Below are positions 1 to 12,395 of a stretch of DNA of 64,000 bases, piece by piece. A program made the position numbers and the translations under genes. Each line of letters starts with the position of its first letter. Position 1 is the stretch's first letter. The notes beneath the pieces are model-generated. The model saw only the letters and a list, made by a program, of their open reading frames with translations. It was not told the DNA's origin and did no database searches. The stretch is from Octopus vulgaris (taxonomy: Eukaryota). Location: NCBI GenBank assembly GCA_951406725.2, contig OX597820.1, positions 992,001 to 1,056,000 on the forward strand, written 5' to 3'.

Positions 1-796
1 TTGCTTAAATACATTGAAATACATTAAACTTTAGGAAAACTTTTAGCAAAGGTCCATGGCCACCCTGTTGCTGACCCCTGAGCTAAAGAGAGGACTTTTG
101 AGTAGGAAACCCCTTAATTATAAGCGGGGCACATAGATTTATTACAGATTAGTATAACTAAGAGCATTGATTAAAAAATAACTCTCTCTCTCACACACAC
201 ACACACAATCATTAACATGATCGGTTAATGTCTATTTTCCATTCTAGCAATGGTTGGATGGCTTAACAGGAGCCGACAATACAAAAGACTGAGGCATGTC
301 CGAATGTCTGCTCCTGGTTTGGCTTCGACAGCTGGATGCCCTTCATAACACCAACCGCTTCACCGAGTGTACTGGGTGCTTTTTACTTGGTACAGGCACA
401 TATGTATATATAAGTATATACTTTATTAATAGTAATCACACTCTTGATGTGGGTGGGTGGGTGAGGTGTCCAGTTGCTAGGTTTCCGTTACACGCTGTCG
501 TGTGCACACAGATACATCTAAATAGACGTTGATGAAATACTGTCTTTGGTGAAGTGGTTGAAAACCTCCTCCAGCGATGCAGCTGAATGCATTTCAAAAA
601 GTGCAGCTTACCATCCTACTGAGAACTGATAATTAAGAAGAGACAGTTAGTAGCAGTTTCTAAAAAGTGCAGCTGACTATTAATAGAGCTTAATAATTCA
701 GGAGATATAATTAGTTGGAGGGCAGCTGAGATACTTGAAAGATTTTGATAGTTTATGCAAACCTGCTTGTTCTCTGAGGAACTGTGACAGAAATAT

Positions 797-996
797 CAGT
801 TTCAAATTTTGGCACAAGGCCAGCAATTTCAGGGGTAGGGGGTAAGTTGATCATATCAACCCAGTGTTTGACTGGCGCTTATTTTATCGACCCCAAAAGG
901 ATGAAGGGCAAAGTCAGCCTCAAAGGCATTTAAACTCAGAATGTAAAACTAAGCATCTCACCTGGCATGCTAACAATTCTAACATCTCATTACCTT
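797..996 (-). mobile_element. tRNA-derived SINE, family B (ggcggcgagctggcagaa...gagttcaaatt...), with target-site duplication
   Basis: Matches many other copies in the window (21988, 40720, 57296, 60357). Flanked by a 15-bp direct repeat ctgtgacagaaatat (782-796) / ctgagacagaaatat (997-1011). Confidence 0.85.
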
Positions 997-1172
997 CTGA
1001 GACAGAAATATTTAAGGCACATCATTCTCTCATAATCATTATATTATCATCATCTTCATGACTTGGGTGGAGCTGATAGCATCTCATCACTTATCAGGGC
1101 TTCTCTCATCTGACACATAAAGCAATTGAATAAACTGCAAGTCTATCTTTGTTGTTGTGTGATTGTTTTCGT

Positions 1173-1350
1173 AACCCTTTCATTACCGTATTTCTGTTGA
1201 GATACTCCGAGGTTCTTTCAATTAATTTTAAATATAACAAAAAGAATTTAGTAACATAACTTAGTTATCATTAATCTAATGTTAGGAACATAAATCGTGA
1301 CTAAGGTTTGGTGGAAGATTTTAATTAAAAACTCATGAAATCAAGACAGG
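1173..1350. mobile_element. Truncated piggyBac-like MITE, same family as 30074-30297
   Basis: Starts taaccctttc and is closely similar to the TTAA-bounded copy at 30074. Confidence 0.7.
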
Positions 1351-1429
1351 GTAGTCAGGTATCTCCTCTCTAACAAGACACCTGATCTTCTTTTATTATA
1401 CCAAGGGGTCCTTTTCATTTCTTTATTTT

Positions 1430-1655
1430 GTCTTGCAAGTTATTTGACAACGTCACTAGTGTGATGTCACAAGAAAAGTACCCAGTACACTTTGTAAAGC
1501 GGTTGGCCTTAGGAAGGGTATCCAGCCACAGGAACCATGCTAAAGCTGACATTTGGGTCTGATGCAACTCTGCAAATCACCTGACTCTTGTCAATCTGTC
1601 CAACCCATGCCAGCATGGAAAAATGGATGTTTGATGATGATGATGGTGATGATGA
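1430..1655 (+). mobile_element. Family C retroposon 3' part (ggaagggcatccagc...catgc(t/c)agcatggaa...(gat)n tail)
   Basis: Same block recurs many times in the window and ends in a (GAT)n tail, as RTE-mobilised elements typically do. Confidence 0.75.
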
Positions 1656-1859
1656 CTGGCTACATTTTACCATGCGACAGAAACTGGAAGATATTTGTCT
1701 TCAACAGGACCAAATACTTCCCTCTACACAATATCAGTTTTTAAGGTTTCTGCTCTCTCCTTGATGGGTTACCTGCACCGCAACTTGCTCTCCTCTATTC
1801 ATTTCTTCATTGTTTAGGGAATGAATAATGATAAAAATAGTAAAGAGATTATTGACAAT

Positions 1860-3310
1860 GGTTGTTTAAGCCATCTTCTAGAGTGAATCCTTGGCCTCAC
1901 TATTTTTCTGTCTAGCGCTCATACCACTGAGAAACATAACAGAAGAAATTCAGGGTTAGCAGGTGAGAAAAACTAGCTTGTTGGCCATCTGCTGTACATG
2001 AATGAGCTCAAGTCATTCAGGAAGAAACTTTAGCACCATAAAATAAAGTTAGAATTTGACAAATGTTTTAACATCCTGGTGGACAAGGAGAATATTACCT
2101 AGGACCTTGTTCAGAATGAGGTATATTTTGAGGTATACAACAAACACCTTGCAATTATGAAATTTATGAAAGTCTAGACAAACAATATTCTAAGATAAAA
2201 AAGATATTTTATGATATCTGCCCATGGGAGATATCACCTAACAAGAAGGGCATCTGGCCATAGAAAACCCTGCCTCAACAAATTTCATCTGCCCCCATGT
2301 AAGCATATTTTAAAAGGGAGCTTTAATGATACTCTTTACTTTCTTTACTCTTTTACTTGTTTCAGTCATGTGACTGTAGCCATGCTGGAGCACCACCTTT
2401 TAGTCGAGCAAATTGGCCCCAGGACTTATTCTTTGGAAGCCTGGTACTTATTCTATCGGTCTCTTTTGCCAAACCACTAAGTTACGGGGACGATGCTGAT
2501 ATTTATTCACATATACTTAGTTCTTAACTTTATGCTTTCAAAATAAAATTCTTATGTCCATTGGTCCACCAGTGCCAGCATTGGTGTAAAGTTTGTCTCT
2601 TTGGATGGAAGATGGAACAGCTCAAGAAGCCTGATGGATAAAAACAAGGAAGCTTCTCACCATTCTGAGGCCGATGTAGATCAGGAAAGCAAATGATGAA
2701 CAGGGACTCAATACACTGCAATCTAGCTAAATATATCTAAATAAGCCTAAACAGGTTGATCACTATGGAAGATAAACATCAAACAGGGAAAAGTTTCTCT
2801 AAAATTGCAGTTGATATCAAAGAATTCCAACTTCAAAAGCTTCCAAACATCTCTTTGAAATGCTACCAGAAGGAAAACGTATCGAAACGCAGGGGAAAAG
2901 CCAAAAGCAATGTCTGAGCTCAAAACACTTCTTTTGAACTCTAAGATGAATTTCTTGTAAATAAGAAAATGTCCTGTGAAGGATTCTATAGAATTGGATG
3001 CAAAATAAAAGATAAAGATGGAGCTTATTGTTTGCAGCATTAATAATATTCTATGAAAAATACATTTCAAAGATGAGAGACACCTGGTGGTGGTTGGTCA
3101 TTCCAATCAAACCAAGGAAACAATGTTTCTTTTGATTTTGCAAATTGGTGATATTATCTGTTTGGCTGCAATTTTAGACAAAAGATTTACCATTTTGTGA
3201 TGATAAGATGGCATTTTGAATTTAGAATATATAGAGGTGGAACAGATATCACAAGATATCTGTCCAACACTATAACAACCCCACCTGTACACTACCTGAG
3301 ATTGGAAATT
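1860..3310 (+). mobile_element. Decayed R4/Dong-clade non-LTR retrotransposon (RT and downstream region), interrupted by SINEs at about 2215-2492
   Basis: Manual translation gives broken motifs LFFCLALIPL, HLLYMNELK (YMDDLK), IKTRKLLT..HSEADVD and an RHDK-like segment, with many stops and frameshifts. Confidence 0.75.
2330..2492 (-). mobile_element. SINE family A, 3' half
   Basis: Reverse complement of the ggtgctccagcatggc...gactgaaacaagtaaaagag tail seen in the full copies. Confidence 0.85.
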
Positions 3311-3335
3311 ATTATATTTTTGCTGTTGCCCTTTA

Positions 3336-3859
3336 CCCGTTAACTGTCAACTTTTTTCATTCGTATCTTTTGGTTTCACCAGGTTTCTTAGGAGTTAGAA
3401 TAATATATAGTATTTAAATTTTCTTCATATGTGAATTATTTTGGAAATTATGATAAGTTTTTCGAAAAGTCCCAAATGGGGATCACTGAAAAACAAGCAC
3501 ATTTATCCTTTTCTATTCAATTGCAATAATAAACATTTTAGTCTTTTTTGAAACTGTAATATCAAATGCGAAGGTGAATGAAATATCAACGAATGATATA
3601 AATGGGAAATGCAAAAACAAAACAAAATACGTTTTCAGAACAGTCAATACTTTTGTAGTTCAAAAATTGTGATTTATGACATAAAATGTCCTCTAGAATT
3701 AACCAGAGCAAATAATGACAAACTTTAACGACTAAATATTGTTAAACACACCTCTGCAAATGCAATGTCCATAAGCAATTCACTTGAAATACAACAAACG
3801 ACCGGCAGTGAGACTGTTTTTTAGCAGATCCCCAAATGGGGCTCGTGACAGGCAATGGG
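3336..3859. mobile_element. Non-autonomous piggyBac-like element
   Basis: Left end ttta|cccgttaactgtca and right end tgacaggcaatggg|ttaa form imperfect TIRs with TTAA-like targets. An internal repeat cccaaatggg occurs at 3471 and 3831. Confidence 0.65.
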
Positions 3860-3888
3860 TTAAATGCATATAACCTTGTAGTTAGAAC

Positions 3889-4112
3889 AATGGTTTTCCA
3901 CCATTTTTTAACCTATAGGCCCCTTTGATTCCTGTTCTACTCAGATGGACCCTCAGAGCTGTGCTATGTTTAAAAAATCTTATATTTTTATAATTAAATA
4001 TTATCAAGAATTGTATAGACAAATTGTTAACATATTTTGTTTATTGTCGAGGTATAATCTATCTGGCCTTCCTCCCACCAAAGCTCATGTGGATCCCCTG
4101 TTGGGAACCTCT
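3889..4112. mobile_element. hAT-type MITE
   Basis: Ends caatggttttcccacc / gttgggaacctctg resemble CAGTGGTTCCCAAC-type TIRs. Related to 44176-44597. Confidence 0.6.
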
Positions 4113-4144
4113 GGGCTAGAGTGTTGAGCCCATAAGTACAAGAT

Positions 4145-4330
4145 CATTGTTTTGCTTCTTGGAGCAGGTGGTGTGTTGTGTTCTTGAGAAGAATACACTG
4201 TTTCACTTAAATCCAGTCCACTCTCCTCTAAATGAGAAACTCTGCAGAGGACTGGCATCCTGTTGAAGGAGGGGATGTTGGGATCTTGGTTACCCATGGA
4301 AACTGGGTGAACTGTCCTATGGACTCAAGA
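4145..4330 (+). mobile_element. Old SINE family F with CORE-like segment; further copies at about 10080-10260 (-) and 43170-43400 (-)
   Basis: Shared gtgttgtgt(t/c)cttga...tccagtcc...ggactggcatcctg block among the three copies. Confidence 0.55.
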
Positions 4331-5049
4331 CAATAATATCTAGGGGCTGATGATGACGGGATGAAAAGCAAAGTTGGCCTGGTGGAATTAGAACTCAGAG
4401 TATATGGATTTGGAACCAATACATAACACATTCCACCCAACACTGTCATGGTTCCACCACCTCACCACCCGACAAACACTCAAACTATATTTCATGGTCA
4501 CTGTACTCTGTATTATCACATTATCATCATCGTCATTTTACATCTGCTTTTTTTTTTATTTTTATTTTTGCCACTCACCATAGATCTCCAGCATCTGACA
4601 AACATAATAATGAAAAAAAACCTACCAATCACTGATGTTGTAGATGTTGTGATTCCTTGACATGGCTTTTTTTACTGTTGAAATAAGTATAGGTGTGACT
4701 GTGTGGCCAACCATGTGGTCTCAGGTTCTATTCTATGCGGCCAACCAGGAGCTATAGTACAACGATAGCCCCAGACTAAGAGTGTGTGCCCTTCTCTTGA
4801 TATCCGATGATGGTTCTAAATGAACATTACCATCGTACGAAGGATGTCATCCATTGTTAGTCCACTGTGGGAAATCAGGTCTGGTCACTGGGAAATATTA
4901 TCATGTTTGGAAACAGGTGAGAATTGGCCAAAGGAAAGAGCATCCAACTGTAGAAAATCTGCCTCAACCAATTCCATCTGACCCATGCAAGCATGGAAAA
5001 GTGGACGTTAAATGATGATGACAGTGATGATGGTAATGTCTTTTTATTA

Positions 5050-5510
5050 AGCATCCATTTAATAATGGAAACATAGCATACAAAGCCAACAGAGTAACGC
5101 CTTATTTGCATGAATGAATTTGCAAAGAATTCAAGCATGAAGTGGTTTGGACAGAGATTCAATGGCCAAGAGATTCAAGCCTGTCCCATACACGTTCATG
5201 AATTATTGATGACATAACAATTGTATAGAAATATATCAGTGAACACAGCTGGAAGGATGGCAGCCTGTTATTGACCAGATATTGTAAGCCATGACAAAAA
5301 CAAAAATCAAAGCACCAACTCTTTATTGATTTTGAAATTTCAGACAATTCTAATTTTATAACAAAGGAAGCCAAGAAGTTGTGACCTGGACTTGGAGGTC
5401 AAGAGAAGAGAGTATATTAAACTGGAATTGGTTTCAGTTTTCATTGTAACTGTGGAAAGTTATAACAAAGGATTCAACGGAAACTCCAAACATCTCTCTG
5501 GTGGCAGACA
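5050..5510 (+). mobile_element. Decayed R4/Dong-clade LINE, restriction-like endonuclease region
   Basis: Broken translation PDIVSHDKNK...IDFEISDNSNFITKEAKK...DL.LEVKR...LVSVFIV resembles the RPD..LID...N..KE.EK..Y.DL RLE motif. Confidence 0.7.
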
Positions 5511-6194
5511 AGGGAGCAAAAGGTGTGGTTGCATGGTTAAGAATCCTGCACTCAAGAACATGAGAATAGGTTCAATCTCACTATACACTGCTTCATCATC
5601 ATTATTGAACATCCGTTTTCTATGGGTTGGATGTTCTGACAGGGGCTGGCTTGGCAGAAGACTGCACTAGGCTTCACTGTCTGTTTTGGCTGGGATTTTA
5701 TGGCTGGAAGCCTTTCTTGATACCAGCTACCTTACAAAATATTTTATTATAGTTTTGAACAAATGCTTTGTGAATGGAATTTGGTTGACAGAAATTGTGC
5801 AAAAGTCCATTTATATATTTGTTTTCCTGTTGATAAGCTTTGATTATTTGGTCATTATTTTTTAAATCATTATCATCATTCTTTTAATGCTGAATGTTTT
5901 ATGCTTGCATGGGTCAGGCAGAATTCGTTGAAGCAGACTTGTTGTGGTTGGATGCCCTTTCTGTCACCAAACCTCATCTGTTTCCTATGAAAGTATTTCC
6001 CCAAGGCCAGAACATATTTTTCCACAGAAGATTGCAAACAAACATCACTTTTATGACAGCAATACTCATTTACAGCCATCTCAAGTGATGTCAAGACAAG
6101 GATATCACACACATGTATATGTGTGTGATGTCAAAACAAGGATATCACACACATGTATATGTGCGTATAATGAATGGCTTCTTTCAGTTTACAT

Positions 6195-6511
6195 CAGAGG
6201 TTCTCAAATTTTTTGGACCACCGCCCCCCCCTCATAGCCACATAATACCCTCAGCGCCCCCACCCCTATTTTTATGTATAAATAAATATTTTATATTTTA
6301 CTAGTTTATATATATACCATGAATCATTTGATAGTTAATATAATATTATATAATTTGTATACAATACTGTAATAATATTATAATAAATTCATAGTGTCCC
6401 CCCAATCCACTGCCTTCCTCCCAACACCTCCTTTTTCTCTACTGAAGCCCACTCCCTCCTTAGGTGTCAGTACCCGCCAGGGGACAGTAGCACCCACTTT
6501 GAGAACCTATG
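6195..6511. mobile_element. hAT-type MITE inserted in a minus-strand family A SINE
   Basis: TIRs cagaggttctcaaa / tttgagaacctatg. The SINE sequence resumes on both sides. Confidence 0.7.
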
Positions 6512-6593
6512 CTTTTTACATCAATCGAAATCCAATCACAAGGCTTTGGTTGGCCCAGGATTATAATAGAAAACATTGTCATTATCATTATAT

Positions 6594-6890
6594 CAGGCAG
6601 CAAATTGGCAGAACCATTAGCATGCTGGACAGAATGTTTAGTGGCATTTCAGCCATCTTCACGTCCTGGGTTCAAATCCACTGAGGTCAACTTTGCCTTT
6701 CATCTTTTCAGGGTTGATAAAATGAATACCAGTTGCATACTGGGGTTGATGGAATCAACTTACTCTTTCCCTAAAATTGCTGGTCTAATGCCAAAGTTTG
6801 AAAACATCATCATTATTATTATTGTTCTTCTTCTTCTTATTATTATTATTATCATCATTATTATTATTATTATTATTATCATTATTATTA

Positions 6891-6939
<49 letters not shown>

Positions 6940-7147
6940 CATTATTAAGGCAGTGAGCTAGCAGAATCATTAGCACGCTGGACGAAATACTTAGCGGTAT
7001 TTCGCCCGTTGCTACATTCTGGGTTCAAATTTGCCTTCCATCCTTTTGGGATTGATAAATTAAGTACAAGTGATACACTGGGATTGATGTAATCGTCTAG
7101 TCCCCCTCCCACTAAATTTCGGGCCTTGCACCTATAGTAGAAAGGAT
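6594..7147 (+). mobile_element. Two family B SINEs separated by an (ATT)n tract
   Basis: Two copies (about 6594-6800 and 6948-7147), each with a ggttcaaat B-box-like motif. Confidence 0.85.
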
Positions 7148-7565
7148 TATTATTATTGTTGTTATTATTATTATTATTATTAGTAGTAGTAGTAGTAGTA
7201 GATGAACATGGACTACATTCTTAAACTGCTTTAGAAGGCAGAAGTTTTATGAGAGTTGCAGAGATACTTCTGAAGAGATCTACATACCTAAGAGTGTTGT
7301 GCTGAAAGTGCAGTGGGTGGGGTGGGGGTGCTGGGTAGTGTAGGCGTTTAATGCTGTTATTGCGGGTATGATACCCCAACCTGTTGAGTAGCTAACCCCC
7401 CCCCCCCCCGAGAAAGTTGAAGACTAATGCTCTGCTTTAAACAAACATTTCTTACTGTAACACTGATAATGATAGCAATAATTGTGTCATGATGTTGATG
7501 AAGCAAATAGCTGTGTCTGTATGTGTGTGCATGTGTGTATGTATATGTGTGTGAGCATGTATGTA

Positions 7566-8455
7566 CAGGGTGCGATGGGTAAATTGTTGCCACTTTATTT
7601 TGTTCATTTTGCACATGTGCACTGTTTACTTTTGATTTTGTTGACTACACAGTATAGTAGGGTCAGTTGGGCACCGTCTGTGAGAAAAACAGCACCGTGA
7701 TGCAGTTCATTCTGCCAGAAATGTGGAAATGACAAGCTGTACTGCTTGGCATTTGTGCTGGTAGTTCCAATATGAACAGATGGTGAACATATGGAGGAAC
7801 AACCATTGGTTTGCTGTGTCCCCAAAACATGCACCGAGAGTGATAAAAATCAAACATCCAGTCAACATCACGGTGTTCAGAGTGATCACTAGTGATGGCA
7901 ACATTATACCTCCATTCAATTCCCACATGGCCTCAGACTCAACATGTAGGCCTACATCAAGTGCCTGGAGAAGGTAGTGCTTCCCTGGGTGAAGAGGTTG
8001 GTTGTTGGAAGACCCTATCTCTGGCAACAGGACTCTGCACCATGCCACACAAGCAGGGGAACCCAGTCATGGCTGTCAGACAATTTCTGTGAGCACACCA
8101 CCCCTAACGTCTGGCCACCTAAGTCCCCAAACTACAGCCCCCTTGATTATTATGTGTAGGGTGCAGTTGAACATGTGACCAACAAAACTGCTTGTAACAC
8201 CAAAAAAGAACTGAAGGCAAGGATTATGGCAGCATTCACCAACTTAAACAAGGAGACCGAACAGAAGAGCTGCAGGAGATTCCAAAGTCGTCTGGAGGCT
8301 GTGGTTGAAGCCAATGGCGATTTTATTGAATAAATTTACTCTTTAGTATTTCAAGATATTTTTATGTAATTTTTGTAAATATATCTGATAAAATGAGATG
8401 ACAGCCTTATTTTCCTCTTTGCGTAATTTAGACGACAGATTTTTCACCACACCCT

Positions 8456-8457
<2 letters not shown>
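7566..8457 (+). mobile_element. Internally deleted Tc1/mariner-superfamily DD37D (maT-type) transposon, pseudogenised
   Basis: QQDSAPCH...WPPKSPNYSPLDYYV with 37 residues between the 2nd and 3rd catalytic D; C-terminus RRFQSRLEAVVEANGDFIE*. Imperfect TIRs (cagggtg.../...cacccttg) flanked by TA. Confidence 0.85.
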
Positions 8458-8497
<40 letters not shown>

Positions 8498-8855
8498 TTG
8501 TGTACTATAGTTTTCTAAAAAAAACTGCACATAAACATTGATTGAAAAATACACGTGCATACAGATTGTTTGTGTGCGTGTGTGTGTATATATTTATATA
8601 TATACACACACCGTACTTATGAACATATATACAAACAATTTCACACATGCATACACAACTCCTACATTCTTTAAAAACATTCTTTTCCTCCGTATGCACA
8701 CACAGACTTATAAAGTGCTAATCACACAGACGTGTATACCAGCAAGTTCCCCAAACACACACACATACACACACACTCTCTCACTCATACTGTGGGCCAC
8801 TTCTGCTAAAAAGGAAGACATCTTTACTTCTAGTTTATCAATATATTGATTTTTC

Positions 8856-8898
<43 letters not shown>

Positions 8899-9890
8899 CT
8901 GTGGGTTTGCATGTGTGTATGTATACATATACATACATACATACATGTATGTATGTATGTATAAAATTTTCATCTTTCCATTTTCTCTCTACTTTCTCAG
9001 TTTCAACACATCTCTCAAGCTTTCAACCTTCTTTCAATTTCTTAATCATACAACACACAGTCTCACCATCTCTTTCTCTCTCTCTCTCTCTCACCTTCTC
9101 TCTCTCACCATCTCTTCTCTCTCTCTCTCTCACCTTCTCTCTCTCACCATCTCTCTCTCTCTCTCTCACCTTCTCTCTCTTTCTTTCTTGCCTTCTTTCT
9201 CTTCTTCCTTAAACTGTTTCAACTCTCACTGTTCCAACACACCCCTCATTCTCTCACTCTCTCTCCCTGTATTTCTCTTTTTCTCTTGCTGTCTCTCTCT
9301 TTCTCTCTCTCTCTTTCTCCCTCTCCGTTCCAACATTCTTCCCTCTACACCTTAACTCCCACACACCACCAACCTTCTCCGCTCAAGGTACCATTGATTA
9401 TATAAACTGCTCCACAGTTATTTATAGGTTTTTCACTATTAGGAATGGTGGGCCGTCTGCATTCTGGCGCTCTCTCTCTCTCTCTCTCTCTCTCGTTCCC
9501 CCACCAAATGTGTGTGTGTGTGTGTGTGTGTGTATTCTGACATTCTGTCTCTCTCTCTCTCCCTGTCTCTCCCTGTCTCTACAAACATGAGTAAATGCGT
9601 GTGTATGTATGTATTTATGTATGCATGCATGTTTGTGTCTCTACGTGTATTCAAGCATTGTGATTCCGTCCCTACGAACGTGACTGAATATATTTGTGTG
9701 TGTGTGTGTGTGTGTTTGTATTTATGTATGTATTTATGTATGCACACGTTTCTGTGAGTGTGTGTATTCTGAGACGACTCTCCTTCAACAAACGTGAGTG
9801 TATATATGTGTGTATTTATGCATCCTTGTCTATATGTGTGTCTATATGTAACCTGGTATTGTCTCTCTGCATTTTCAATCATGAGTCATG

Positions 9891-9924
<34 letters not shown>

Positions 9925-10288
9925 TGTTTGTTTATACCACATGGTCGACTAAACTGTCAGCTGTTGCTATACATCACTGATCACAATACACTTCGCCTCG
10001 TTTTTAGCTTTCAAATGAAGCCACTCCACTGACTAGGCAAGCAGGCCAACATCGGAAGGCAAGCTAGGCCTGATTGGAAGCAGGCCTGATCGGAAGGCTA
10101 GTCCATCACAGGGAGACCCATTTACAGACGAGTGGACTGGGACGTTGTGAAATGCAGTGTTTTGTTCAAGGACACAATGTACCACTCAATTCAGGAATTG
10201 AACTCACAATCACTAGATCATGAATGCAACATTCTAAACCACTAAACTATATGCTTTCGCATATATATATATATATATACGCTTTATA

Positions 10289-10452
10289 GGCGTAGGAGTG
10301 GCTGTGTGGTAAGTAGCTTGCTTACAAACCACATGGTTGCAGGTTCAGTCCCACTACGTGGCACCTTGGCAAGTGTTTTCTACTATAGCCTTGGGCCAAC
10401 CAAAGCCTTGTGAGTGGATTTGGTAGACAGAAACTGAAAGAAGCCCATCGTA

Positions 10453-10499
<47 letters not shown>

Positions 10500-10718
10500 A
10501 TATGTTTGTGTGTCTGTGTTTGTCCTTCTCCCCCAACATCGCTTGACAACCAATGCTGGTGTGTTTATGTCCCCTTAACTTAGTGGTTCAGCAAAGAGAC
10601 TGATAAAATAAGTATTAGGCTTACAAAGAATAAGTCCTGGGATTGATTTGCTCGACTAAAAGCGGTGCTCCAGCATAGCCACAGTTAAATGACTGAAACA
10701 AGTAAAAGAGTAAAAGAG
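10289..10718 (+). mobile_element. Full-length tRNA-derived SINE family A with internal (TA)n(TG)n
   Basis: A-box-like tggctgtgtgg, B-box-like ggttcagtcc, ccttggcaagtg segment and (taaaagag)n tail. Confidence 0.9.
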
Positions 10719-10749
<31 letters not shown>

Positions 10750-10755
10750 ATGATG

Positions 10756-10780
<25 letters not shown>

Positions 10781-10788
<8 letters not shown>

Positions 10789-11033
10789 CTAATATGTTAA
10801 ACTGTTGTATGTCCAAATTTAGCCAAATGCGTTTTTTAAATATTTACTTTTCCTTGCCATATCCAGTTCTTTTGGTCAGACTATCGTATCTCCAGTTGCT
10901 TCAGATGCCAAGATATCAAAAATTGTCAAATCGTAGTACAACGGTGTTGCTATGGAATGGTGAAACTATTTTTTCATTTTCTGGAAAAGCTACATTTTGG
11001 ACTTACGACACTTTTGCATAACAGCAACAATAT
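10781..11033. mobile_element. MITE with about 40-bp imperfect TIRs, flanked by TA repeats; superfamily unassigned
   Basis: Left tattattgctaatatgttaaactgttgtatgtccaaa versus reverse complement of the right end tattgttgctgttatgcaaaagtgtcgtaagtccaaa. Confidence 0.6.
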
Positions 11034-11050
11034 ATATATTGTATGTAGCA

Positions 11051-11250
11051 TGTTTGATGACATAAAGTCCCACTTTTTCCCTCTAAAGACAATGTCACAA
11101 AATAAAATCTTCCCCCCTCCCCCAGGTCCTATATGCAAAGATGGGCCTCCCATAAGCTTTGATGCACTAAAATCTATTTTGCCTGAGTATGCCCTGCTGA
11201 AACTGGGGTGTGTCTGATACACCCGAACGTCTTTTATGCCATCAAAAACA
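11051..11250. mobile_element. Small MITE-like element
   Basis: Inverted ends tgtttgatgacataaag / cttttatgccatcaaaaaca. Confidence 0.45.
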
Positions 11251-11924
11251 GTAGATGTTTGTTTGTATGTGTGTATGTATGTGATTGTTCAGTTTTATTT
11301 CAAGATTTCTTGCCAATAGAGAAAGAGCCGGTTTCTAACCCAGATCCAAGGATCGTTCATTGGAATTTCAACAACATCAGTAGGGTACTTTTGCATGTAT
11401 GTATGTATGTATGTATGTATGTATGCATGTATGTATGCATGTGTGTGTGTGTATGTATGTATGTATGTATGTATGTATGTATGTGTGTATGTATGTATGT
11501 ATGTATATGCAGATTTGTATGTATGTATGTCTTCTCATGCATATAGTTGCATATCTAGACATGCTCATATATATTTAAATGATAAACTTCTGGAAAGTTT
11601 GTATGCATGTATGTATGTATGTGCACATGCATGTGTGTATATATGTGTGTGTGTGTGTGTGTGAACATGTATATACATATGTACATGTATGCATGCATGC
11701 ATGTGTGAATGTATGTATGCATGTACGACACATCTGCAACAAAAAATGCCAGTCGTTTGGTGGTTTTAAATACCACTGTGGGTCCCATGGTCACTGAAAG
11801 AAAAAAGGGAACAAACAGAAATAATTTGTCACTGATGGTCATACTCATTGAACGAGTTGACCGATATATATATATATGGGTGCAGGTGGGGCTGTGTGCT
11901 AAGAAGCTTGCTTCCCAACCATGC

Positions 11925-12395
11925 AAAGAGCACCATACGAGTGTGACAATTGACAGAGCGGCTAACTGGCTCCCGTGCCAGTGGCACTTAAAAGGCACCA
12001 TTCGAGCGTGATCGTTACCAGCATTGCCTTAAAGAGCACCATCCGAGAGTGATCGTTGCCGGAGCGGCTATCTGGCCTCCATGCCGGTGGCACGTAAAAG
12101 ACACCATCCAAGCGTGATCGTTACCAGCATCGCCTTACTGGCACCTGTGCCAGTGGCATGTGTAAAAGATTCGATCGAGGTCGTTGCCATTACTGCCTAA
12201 CTGGCCCGTAAAAGCACCCACTACACTCTCTGAGTGGTTGGCATTAGGAAGGGCATCCAGCTGTAGAAACTCTGCCAGATCAAAATTGAAGCTTGGTGCA
12301 GCCATCTGGTTCACCAGTCCTCAGTCATTTGTCCAACCCATGCTAGCATGGAAAGCGGACGTTAAACGACAACGATGATGATGATGATGATGATG
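11925..12395 (+). mobile_element. Family C retroposon with internal tandem subrepeats
   Basis: About four copies of aaag(a/g)caccat(t/c)cgagcgtgatcgtt(a/g)cc precede the family C 3' block and (gat)n tail. Confidence 0.75.

Noticed and set aside
540-760. Possible R4-type LINE 3' end
   Set aside because: Similarity is too faint to support without an alignment.
1916-1962. Exon-like segment with a good acceptor and CAG|GTGAGA donor
   Set aside because: Lies inside the R4-like RT remnant (FCLALIPL motif) and is better explained as LINE sequence.
4289-4303. RFX X-box-like gttacccatggaaac
   Set aside because: Inside an old SINE, with no promoter context.
5240-5252. 13-nt match to the miR-317 5' end (tgaacacagctgg)
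   Set aside because: The match stops there, there is no hairpin, and it lies within a LINE endonuclease remnant.
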